DNA of 64,000 nt from assembly GCA_900554365.1 (NCBI GenBank), contig USGY01000002.1, positions 54,136 to 118,135 on the forward strand. Direction: 5' to 3'. The number at the start of each line of letters is the position of its first letter. Positions within the stretch are counted from its first letter, which is position 1. The position numbers were made by a program, and so were the translations under genes. This stretch comes from an uncultured Clostridium sp. Lineage in GTDB: Bacteria > Bacillota > Clostridia > TANB77 > CAG-508. Below the pieces are notes generated by a model. It did not search any database. It saw only the letters and a program-made list of their open reading frames with translations, and had not been told where the DNA came from. Shown piece by piece: positions 56,618 through 64,000 of the stretch.

Positions 56618-57829
56618 TTAAATCCGTCCAGTGTAACTATCTACATCAATTATTTCTCCTGCAAAGTATAAGTTTTTTATTATTTTGGATTCCATTGTTT
56701 TTGGATTAATTTCTCCTATTTTTATTCCACCACTTGTTATTATGGCTTCATCTATTGGTCTAAATCCTTTTATTTCTATTTCAAATTTTTTTAATATTTT
56801 TACTAAAGTTCTTCTTTCTTCTTTAGTTATTTCATTTACTTTTTTTGTTGGATTTATTTTACTTATTTCTATTACAACTGGAATTAATTTTTGTGGTAGT
56901 AATTTATCTAAACTATTTCTAAATTGTTTATTTTTTTCTGCTTCAAAATCTCTTAATATTCTCGCTTCCAATTTTTGCTCTGATAATGCTGGTTTGAAAT
57001 CTATATATAATTTGATTTTTTTGTTTTTATATTTTTCTTCTATATTTTTGTATCTAACTAAGTGTGCAGAGCTACTTAATATTGTTGGCCCTGATACTCC
57101 AAAATGTGTAAATAACATTTCACCAAAGTCCTCATATATTGTTTTGTTTTTCTCTTCATCTACTAATTTTATTGCAACATTTCTTAAGCTTAATCCTTGT
57201 AACTCTTTACACATTCTAGTTTGATATGTTTCTAATGGTACTAATGATGGCTTTATTGGTGTTATTTTGTGTCCTAATTCTTCTACTATTTTATAGCCAT
57301 CTCCTGTTGATCCTGTAAGAGGATAACTTTTTCCACCTGTTGCTAATATTATTTTATCTGCCAATATTTTTCCTTTGTGGGTTTGTACTCCAACTACACA
57401 TGGTTCATCATTTTTATTTTCTATTATTATAGATTCAAGCCTTGTTTCATATTTTACTTCTACTTGTTTTTGTTTTAGCTTTTTAGTAAAACATTTTAAT
57501 ACATCTTGAGAATGATCTGTTATTGGAAATATTCTATTTCCTCTTTCTTCTTTTACTTCAAGTCCTTCTTCTTTTAAAAATTTTATAATATCTTTATTTG
57601 TGTATTGCTGATAACAGCTATATAAGAATTTTCCATTACCTGGTGTGTTTTTTATAAAATCTTCTATAGGTAAAGAGGAGGTTATATTACACCTCCCTTT
57701 TCCTGTTATTAATAGTTTTCGACCTAATGATTTCATCTTTTCTATTAATATTACTTGATTATCTTTGGTTTTTGCTGCTATTGCAGCCATCATTCCTGCT
57801 GGTCCTCCACCAATTACTAATATTTTCAT
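56618..57829 (-). CDS. HI0933/BaiN-family NAD(P)/FAD-dependent flavoprotein
   Basis: The GGGPAG dinucleotide fold at the N-terminus, and 403 aa of family-typical length. Confidence 0.8.
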   Translation of the reverse strand: MKILVIGGGPAGMMAAIAAKTKDNQVILIEKMKSLGRKLLITGKGRCNITSSLPIEDFIKNTPGNGKFLYSCYQQYTNKDIIKFLKEEGLEVKEERGNRIFPITDHSQDVLKCFTKKLKQKQVEVKYETRLESIIIENKNDEPCVVGVQTHKGKILADKIILATGGKSYPLTGSTGDGYKIVEELGHKITPIKPSLVPLETYQTRMCKELQGLSLRNVAIKLVDEEKNKTIYEDFGEMLFTHFGVSGPTILSSSAHLVRYKNIEEKYKNKKIKLYIDFKPALSEQKLEARILRDFEAEKNKQFRNSLDKLLPQKLIPVVIEISKINPTKKVNEITKEERRTLVKILKKFEIEIKGFRPIDEAIITSGGIKIGEINPKTMESKIIKNLYFAGEIIDVDSYTGRI

Positions 57830-57832
57830 TTT

Positions 57833-58693
57833 TTAGTCCTTTTCTACTTTTTCTTCTTTTTTATTTGATGTTTTTGAGGCTGTCTTTTTTGTTGTTGATT
57901 TCTTTGCTGTTGTTTTAGTTGCCATAGTTTTTGTAGCTGTTTTGGTTGTTTTTGATTTTGTTGAAGCTTTTTTTGTTGTTCCTTTAACACTTGTTCCTGT
58001 TTTACTTGAAGCCTTTTTAGTTGTTGCTTTTTTAGTAGTTGATTTTTTTGCTGGCTTTTCTTCACTTTTTCTAGGTTCTTCAATGATAACTTCTTCTTTG
58101 TCGTCTTCTTCAGGTTCATCGTCATTTAAATAACCTCTTCTATTTGATTTTGCTTCTTCCATATATTTATTTAATTCATCATTGATATCTACTTCAGGTG
58201 CTTCAGGCATTAGCCATTCTATTCCACTATCTTCTTTTTCTTCTTTCTTTTTCTCAACTTTGTTTTCAACCTTTTCTTCTTTTGGACTTTCTTCTTGTTG
58301 AGGTTCTTCATCTGGTTCATCATCATCTGCATTTAAATCTATTAAATGTTTATGACTTTCTTCTTCATATAATGAAAGTTCATCTACTTTATCTGTTTTT
58401 TCTGATTCTTCTGGTGTTTCAGATATTTCAGGTGTTTCTATTTTATTTTCTTCTTGAACTTCATTTTTAACTGTTTCATTTTCATCATCTACCATTTTAA
58501 ATAAATCTACATATTCTGAATTTGATTTTTTTATTTCTTCATTTTTTTGTTTTATTTCTTTTTTTGCTTGCTTTTGTGCAAGTTTCTTTTCTTTTTCTTC
58601 CATTCTTGTTTCTTTTCTTTCGTTCATTCCTCCGAATATTAAGATTGCTGTTATTAAAATAATTAATATTAATAAAATAACTACTACGACCAT
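57833..58693 (-). CDS. membrane-anchored low-complexity K/E/T-rich protein
   Basis: An N-terminal transmembrane helix followed by E/K and (TKKA/STK)n repeats. The alternate-frame track ORF 57844-58125 is a repeat artefact. Confidence 0.4.
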   Translation of the reverse strand: MVVVVILLILIILITAILIFGGMNERKETRMEEKEKKLAQKQAKKEIKQKNEEIKKSNSEYVDLFKMVDDENETVKNEVQEENKIETPEISETPEESEKTDKVDELSLYEEESHKHLIDLNADDDEPDEEPQQEESPKEEKVENKVEKKKEEKEDSGIEWLMPEAPEVDINDELNKYMEEAKSNRRGYLNDDEPEEDDKEEVIIEEPRKSEEKPAKKSTTKKATTKKASSKTGTSVKGTTKKASTKSKTTKTATKTMATKTTAKKSTTKKTASKTSNKKEEKVEKD

Positions 58694-58710
58694 TTTATCC
58701 TCCTTAATTT

Positions 58711-59946
58711 TTACTTTTGCATAAATTCTATTGCCTTTAATATTCCCAATTTTCCATATTCATATGTAAGTCCTCCTTGCATATATGCTATATATGGTGG
58801 TCTTATTGGTCCATCACAACTTAATTCTATTGTTGAGCCTTGAGTAAATGTTCCTGCTGCCATTATTACTTTATCTTCATATCCACCCATGTCTCCTGGG
58901 TATGGCAATACGTCTGAATCTATTGGTGAACCTTTTTGAATACCCTGGCAAAATTTTACTAATTTTTCTTCTGTTCCTAATACTAATGTTTGAACTATAT
59001 CAGCTCTTTTTGTATTATATTTAGGTTCTACATCATATCCTAATTCTTCTAATATTTTACTAGCAAATATTGCGGTTTTTAAACTACTTTTTACTACTGA
59101 TGGTGCAAAAAATAATCCTTTTATTAATAATGGATTTTGATTTAATGATGGCCCTATTTCTTTTCCTATTCCTGGTGCTGTTAGCCTTTCTGCACATAAA
59201 TTTATTAGGTCTTTTCTTCCTACTATATATGCTCCTGATGTTGCTATACCAGCTCCTAAATTTTTCATTAAAGAACCTACTGCTATATCAGCTCCTACTT
59301 CTATTGGTTCTTTTTCTTCTACAAATTCTCCATAGCAATTGTCAACCATTATTATTACTTCATTATTTACTTCTCTTATTACTTTTATTACTTTTTCTAT
59401 TTTATCTATATTTATACTTTCTCTTGTTGAATATCCTCTTGATTTTTGAATTTCTACCACTTTTACATCTTTTTTTGCTAATCTTTTTTGAATTTCTGGA
59501 ATATTAAAATCATTGTTTACTAATTCTATTTGTTCATATTTTACATCATATGCTTTTAATGAACTTTGACTTTCTTCACCACTTATTCCTATTACTGTTT
59601 GTAAAGTGTCATATGGTGCACCTGAAATACTTATAAGTGTATCACCAGGTCTTAATAACCCAAATAATGTTACTGTTAATGCATGTGTACCTGATATTAA
59701 TTGTGTTCTTACTAATGCATCTTCTGCTTTAAATATTTTTGCATATATTTCTTCTATTTTATTTCTTCCTGGTTCATCTATTCCATATCCTGTTGATGAA
59801 TTTAAATGAGCTTCTTGCAAATTACATTCTTGAAATGCTTCTAATACTTTTTGACTGTTTTTTTCACATATTTTGTCTAATTCTTTAAATTGTGGTTCTA
59901 ATGATTTTTCTACTTCTTCTGCTAATTGTTTTAAATCTTGTTGCAT
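58711..59946 (-). CDS. PLP-dependent Cys/Met-metabolism family enzyme (YnbB / aluminium-resistance-like, methionine gamma-lyase fold)
   Basis: A 411-aa ORF with a family-typical N-terminus and SGTHALT motifs. Confidence 0.65.
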   Translation of the reverse strand: MQQDLKQLAEEVEKSLEPQFKELDKICEKNSQKVLEAFQECNLQEAHLNSSTGYGIDEPGRNKIEEIYAKIFKAEDALVRTQLISGTHALTVTLFGLLRPGDTLISISGAPYDTLQTVIGISGEESQSSLKAYDVKYEQIELVNNDFNIPEIQKRLAKKDVKVVEIQKSRGYSTRESINIDKIEKVIKVIREVNNEVIIMVDNCYGEFVEEKEPIEVGADIAVGSLMKNLGAGIATSGAYIVGRKDLINLCAERLTAPGIGKEIGPSLNQNPLLIKGLFFAPSVVKSSLKTAIFASKILEELGYDVEPKYNTKRADIVQTLVLGTEEKLVKFCQGIQKGSPIDSDVLPYPGDMGGYEDKVIMAAGTFTQGSTIELSCDGPIRPPYIAYMQGGLTYEYGKLGILKAIEFMQK

Positions 59947-60154
59947 TATTTTTCCCCCTCAAATTTATATTTAGCACCTATATTTTACTATAAAATAACT
60001 ATTTTATCAATGTTTATACTGTAAAAAATAAGGTGAACTTTTAATGGCTCACCTTATTTTCTCTTTATTATGTATTATAATACATATTTCTTAATTAGTA
60101 ATATTCCACCTGCAATTGTTATTAAAACTATACCCGTTAATGTGAAAATACATA

Positions 60155-63100
60155 CTATAAAATATATTTTTTAATTAACATTATTCCACCGGCAAATGTT
60201 ATTAATACTAATCCGCCTAATGCAAAATATGTTTTTACAGTACCTGTGCTTACTGATAACATAACTGGTGCATCATCTATATCGTCTTCTCCAGCTTTTT
60301 TGTTATCTGGTGTTGAGTCTTTATCTGGTATACCAAATTCATTGTAATCTTTTGATATTTCTGCTGTATTTACTTTTAATCCCATGTTGTCTGCATTATT
60401 TATCCATGTTAATACAACTTCTACATCTGCATATTCACCTGGTTGTAATAATTTATTTTCTAATGCTTTTGTTGTTATTATATTATCTCCTGCTTGTGTC
60501 CATTGTGGGTTATCTGCTGCTACAAATTTTAATCCTTCTGGTATATAATCTTTTACTTCTTTTGCATATCCTGCAATTTGACCTTCGTTTATTACACGAA
60601 TTGAATATCTAAATTTAACAGTTACATCATTAATATGTTTTCTGTTTAAATCAACTTTTACAATTGCTTCTGGATCATCATATGGTTGGTGACCTGTTTC
60701 TGTAACTTTAGTTCCACTTTTATCTGTTACTATTGCTTGAGTTACCCATTTTCTTAATGCTAAGTCAAAGTTTGATAATTTTACATATTCTCTATCTTGA
60801 TCATCTTCGCCTTCGTTCCATTTGTCTGGTATTGAATCTTTATCATCTACGGGTTTTCCATTTTCATCTGTATCATCAGAAATTTGTGCTGAGTTTACCA
60901 ATACTTTTGATGATCCATTTGGTTCAATTACTTTAAATGCAACTTGAACATCTTTGTGATCAGGGTTTGTATCACTTATTTCTTGATCAGGATTAAATGC
61001 TTTTAATAAGTTAGATCCTTCTGTCTTTTCTTGTGCTTTTGATAAGTAATCTGTTTGGATTTTTACTGCATTACTTGCATCTGTTGTTACTTTTCCATCT
61101 TTATCATACATTACCCATCTATATTCTTTATTTGTATCATTATCTGGTATGAATTGTAGTCCTTCTGGTATATCATCAGTTACTAATGATGCATATCCAT
61201 TTATATCTCCTTCGTTAAATACTCTTATTGTATATGTTACTACATTTCCATTTACAACTTGTACTGGATCTTTTTTATGATTATATGTTATTTGATTTTT
61301 GTCTTTATCATAACTTACTTGAGGTATTCTTGTTGTAACTTCTTTGTCATCTACTTTTGTTATGAATTTTCTTAAAGCTAAGTCGAATTCTTTTACAACT
61401 ACTTTTTCAAAATCATCATCATCTTGTTGTCCTGGAATGTAATCTTCTTTTTCATTGTCTTTATATCCAGGTAATTCTTCATCTTTTGGAAGTTGTACAT
61501 TATTTGCTTGTGAATCTCTATCTACAACATCCTTATTATCTTCGTCTTTATATTCTGTAATATCAGCAATATTAGTTATATTTTCTCCAGCTTTTGCATT
61601 ATCTGTTACTTTACACATGATTGGAACTTCAACATAAGATAATACGTACTTTCCTGAAGAATTTTTTTCAGCTTTTTTAACTAAATGATTTACTAAATAA
61701 TTAGTTGTTACTGTTCTTCCATCTTCTGAAACTGTCCATCCATATTTTTTATTGTAGTCATTATCAACGAATTGTAAGTTTGATGGTAAGTGATCTTTTA
61801 TTTCTGATGCATATCCATTTATTTCACCTTCGTTGTATACTCTTAACATGTAAACAACCATGTCATTTCTTTTAACTACTACTGGTGTTTTTGGATGTTT
61901 ATATATTGCTGTTGTATTTCTAATTAAACCTGTCGTAGCTCCACTTATATCCAATGCACTTTTGGCTGTATTTAAATAAGATGTATCAACTATTGGTGCT
62001 CTTTGATATGAACCATCTGCATTTTTTAGATAATCTGAATTATCTAATGTTTCATCATCACTAACAGCTATTATGAATTTTCTTAAAGCTAAGTCAAATT
62101 CTTGTAAAATAATATTATCATAATCTTCATCATCTTCGTATTTTACCCATTTGTCTGTACTAGAATCTCTATCATCTACTGAATTACCATTTTCATCAGA
62201 ATCATCTGTTATTGCAGCTTCATTTCTTATTGCTGTTCCAACACTATCAGAAGTTACTTTGAATTTTACAGATAATTCTTTGTAATGTATATCTTCTTCT
62301 GTTTTTGATCCATCATTACTTCCAAATGCTTTTATTAAGTTTTCACCTACTGTTGTTTCATTATCTTTTGATAGATAGTTTGATGAAATTTGTGTTATTT
62401 TATCTTTACTATCATTATATTTGAATTTACTCCATAAATATTTTTGGTTGAATGCGATTGCTTGTTTTTCACTGTCTGTTAATGATGTGTCACTATTTAA
62501 CTCATCGCCTTCTTTTTCTGACCATAAGAATTCTAGTCCATCTGGTACATCTTCTGTTATTTCTGAAGCATATCCATCAATTGTTCCTTCATTATAAATT
62601 CTAAATGTATATGTTACAATGTCACCTTTTTTAACTTGAACAGGATCTTTATTTAATTTATAATCACCTGTTGTTATTAATTTTCCATTTTCATCTAAAG
62701 TATTTAATTTGCTAACATCAACTTTTTGAATTCTTTCAGGTACTTGTTGGTCATTTACTGAAACAATTCTTTTTATTAATTTTAAGTCAAAAGATTCTGG
62801 CATTAAAACTAATTTTTCAAAGTCATCATCATCTTGTTGTCCTTTATAATAATAATTTTTATCTGTTAAATCCTCTTTATTATCATTTCCATTATAATTT
62901 TCCATGTTGTCTTTATTTACGTTTGGTGTTGTTGCTGGCTCTGAATCTCTATCAAGTCCATTTTGATTTGTTATTGTTACATTTGTTTCTGCATTAACTT
63001 CTTCTGCTATCCAAGCAACATTTGTTAATACTTTTTTATTTGAATTATCTGGTTTTGCTTCTACAATGCATTCAATTTCAATTGTCTCTGATTCTAAATT

Positions 63101-63970
63101 TCCTTGTGTATATGCATTTAAGTTATCATTATTTCCAGATTTTCTTTCTAAGTTTAATTTATTTGTTGATTCATCATATGAACTTTCTACAAAGTTTCCA
63201 CTAACTACTTTACTAAATTTAAGTCCTGTTGGTAATTGGTCTACAACTTTAGTTGCTCTACCACTTGCTTGACCTTCATTATATATTGTAATTTTATATG
63301 TAACAACATCACCTGTTTTTACCATTACTGGATCTTTTTTATGTTTATATGTTGCTGTTGTTCCACTTGCCAATGTAGATTCATCAACATTTGGAACTCT
63401 TGAATTATTTCCTGATAAAGCTGTTCCATTTACTTTAGTAATATATTTTCTTAATGCTAAGTCAAAAGGTTTTTCATTTGGCTTAACTGTTAAGTCTAAT
63501 GAAACAGACTTAGGTGTTTTTTCAGGTATCATAACTGGTTGTTCTTGGTTATTTGTTGTTGATGCCCATAAAGTAAGTTTTGTATCACTATAATTTATAT
63601 TAATTGAAACAGAAATTGTTGAAACATTTTCTTTAGGTAATGAAATATAAAAATCTTGTCCAACTAATTTTTCTACTGTTGTACCTTGTGCTACTTCTTG
63701 TTTATTACTATTTAATAATTTATAATTTGATATTGTATTTTGTCCATTTTTAACAACAAAATCAATTGTATATGGTAATGAACTTCCTGTTGATGTCATA
63801 TTGATTGGTCCTACAATATAGTTTGAACCATCTTCTTGATAATTTAATGTCTTAGTATTTATTTGAACCGGTGCTCCTGAAGTATTTGTAGAATTAGAAT
63901 ATTTATCAGCATTAGCTTTTGCAGTTTTTATTAAATAATTATATAAAATTTCAGCTTGCTCTTGTCTCAT
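60155..63970 (-). CDS. large cell-surface repeat protein (tandem ~200-aa isopeptide/DUF11-like domains) with a C-terminal hydrophobic anchor; N-terminus probably runs off the right edge
   Basis: At least 1271 aa. The repeated blocks are FDLALRK.ITKV and YKHKKDPV.VK.GDVVTY.I.IYNEG. It ends GGLVLITFAGGIMLIKKYIL without a canonical LPxTG. Confidence 0.7.
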   Translation of the reverse strand: MRQEQAEILYNYLIKTAKANADKYSNSTNTSGAPVQINTKTLNYQEDGSNYIVGPINMTSTGSSLPYTIDFVVKNGQNTISNYKLLNSNKQEVAQGTTVEKLVGQDFYISLPKENVSTISVSININYSDTKLTLWASTTNNQEQPVMIPEKTPKSVSLDLTVKPNEKPFDLALRKYITKVNGTALSGNNSRVPNVDESTLASGTTATYKHKKDPVMVKTGDVVTYKITIYNEGQASGRATKVVDQLPTGLKFSKVVSGNFVESSYDESTNKLNLERKSGNNDNLNAYTQGNLESETIEIECIVEAKPDNSNKKVLTNVAWIAEEVNAETNVTITNQNGLDRDSEPATTPNVNKDNMENYNGNDNKEDLTDKNYYYKGQQDDDDFEKLVLMPESFDLKLIKRIVSVNDQQVPERIQKVDVSKLNTLDENGKLITTGDYKLNKDPVQVKKGDIVTYTFRIYNEGTIDGYASEITEDVPDGLEFLWSEKEGDELNSDTSLTDSEKQAIAFNQKYLWSKFKYNDSKDKITQISSNYLSKDNETTVGENLIKAFGSNDGSKTEEDIHYKELSVKFKVTSDSVGTAIRNEAAITDDSDENGNSVDDRDSSTDKWVKYEDDEDYDNIILQEFDLALRKFIIAVSDDETLDNSDYLKNADGSYQRAPIVDTSYLNTAKSALDISGATTGLIRNTTAIYKHPKTPVVVKRNDMVVYMLRVYNEGEINGYASEIKDHLPSNLQFVDNDYNKKYGWTVSEDGRTVTTNYLVNHLVKKAEKNSSGKYVLSYVEVPIMCKVTDNAKAGENITNIADITEYKDEDNKDVVDRDSQANNVQLPKDEELPGYKDNEKEDYIPGQQDDDDFEKVVVKEFDLALRKFITKVDDKEVTTRIPQVSYDKDKNQITYNHKKDPVQVVNGNVVTYTIRVFNEGDINGYASLVTDDIPEGLQFIPDNDTNKEYRWVMYDKDGKVTTDASNAVKIQTDYLSKAQEKTEGSNLLKAFNPDQEISDTNPDHKDVQVAFKVIEPNGSSKVLVNSAQISDDTDENGKPVDDKDSIPDKWNEGEDDQDREYVKLSNFDLALRKWVTQAIVTDKSGTKVTETGHQPYDDPEAIVKVDLNRKHINDVTVKFRYSIRVINEGQIAGYAKEVKDYIPEGLKFVAADNPQWTQAGDNIITTKALENKLLQPGEYADVEVVLTWINNADNMGLKVNTAEISKDYNEFGIPDKDSTPDNKKAGEDDIDDAPVMLSVSTGTVKTYFALGGLVLITFAGGIMLIKKYIL

Positions 63971-64000
63971 TCTACCTTCATTTGTACTTAAGTTATAATC

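Noticed and set aside
57844-58125. 93-aa alternate-frame ORF (Q/K-rich) inside the K/E-rich protein gene
   Set aside because: It is a frame artefact of nucleotide tandem repeats within the 57833-58693 gene.
59070-59809. Plus-strand Leu-rich ORFs (59070-59507, 59606-59809) inside the YnbB-like gene
   Set aside because: They are antisense to a well-supported PLP-enzyme gene and consist of leucine runs.
60268-63272. Several plus-strand ORFs (60268-60612, 60733-60936, 61455-61637, 63022-63272) inside the surface-protein gene
   Set aside because: They are antisense to the long repeat protein and Leu/His-rich. No independent signals support them.

Overview
This is an AT-rich window from a low-GC, spore-forming Firmicute (Clostridia-like). 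A core chromosome segment (1-15377 and 53100-64000) flanks a roughly 37-kb accretion island (about 15400-52800). The core codes almost entirely on the minus strand: ispH (partial), ispG, an OmpR-family response regulator, aspS, an HD-GYP protein, an orphan MazF/EndoA toxin, dusB, rodA-minE-minD, a spoIVF-like M23/M50 protease pair, a bile-salt-hydrolase-family gene and an ASCH gene on the left; spo0A, a YigZ/IMPACT protein, a HI0933-like flavoprotein, a YnbB-like PLP enzyme and a large cell-surface repeat protein on the right. The island holds two complete, syntenic, paralogous integrative elements built like PICIs or phage satellites. Each carries a tyrosine integrase, an excisionase-family HTH, a phage replisome-organizer, a DnaC-like loader and shared conserved hypotheticals. 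Both are delimited by three direct copies of the 3' half of an initiator tRNA-Met, which I read as the att core, but no intact tRNA lies in the window. Each element also has its own tandem arm-type repeats at both ends. The cargo is dense with anti-phage defence. Element A carries a Gabija gajA-gajB pair preceded in the same operon by a membrane protein and a DEDDh-exonuclease-BRCT fusion. It also carries an AlwI-family restriction endonuclease with a DpnM/Dam-like methyltransferase that is frameshifted, and a Thoeris-like operon of two TIR proteins (one clearly ThsB) plus a small 3-TM protein in place of a canonical ThsA. Element B carries a single-chain Type IIB R-M-S enzyme (1269 aa), a GIY-YIG/DUF4357 protein, an HTH-Fic protein and a 914-aa SF1-helicase-domain protein. 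To the right of element B sits a tight four-gene operon, DEDDh-exonuclease-BRCT, YhcG-like PD-(D/E)xK, DUF262 and HEPN. I regard this operon and the Thoeris-like TIR-TIR-TM module as the best candidates for undescribed defence systems. Other points: a roughly 175-nt structured noncoding leader that is more conserved between the two elements than the genes around it, a three-member AT-rich hairpin repeat family, and a strongly G+T-skewed noncoding tract at the left island edge. I found no CRISPR array, rRNA or intact tRNA gene.
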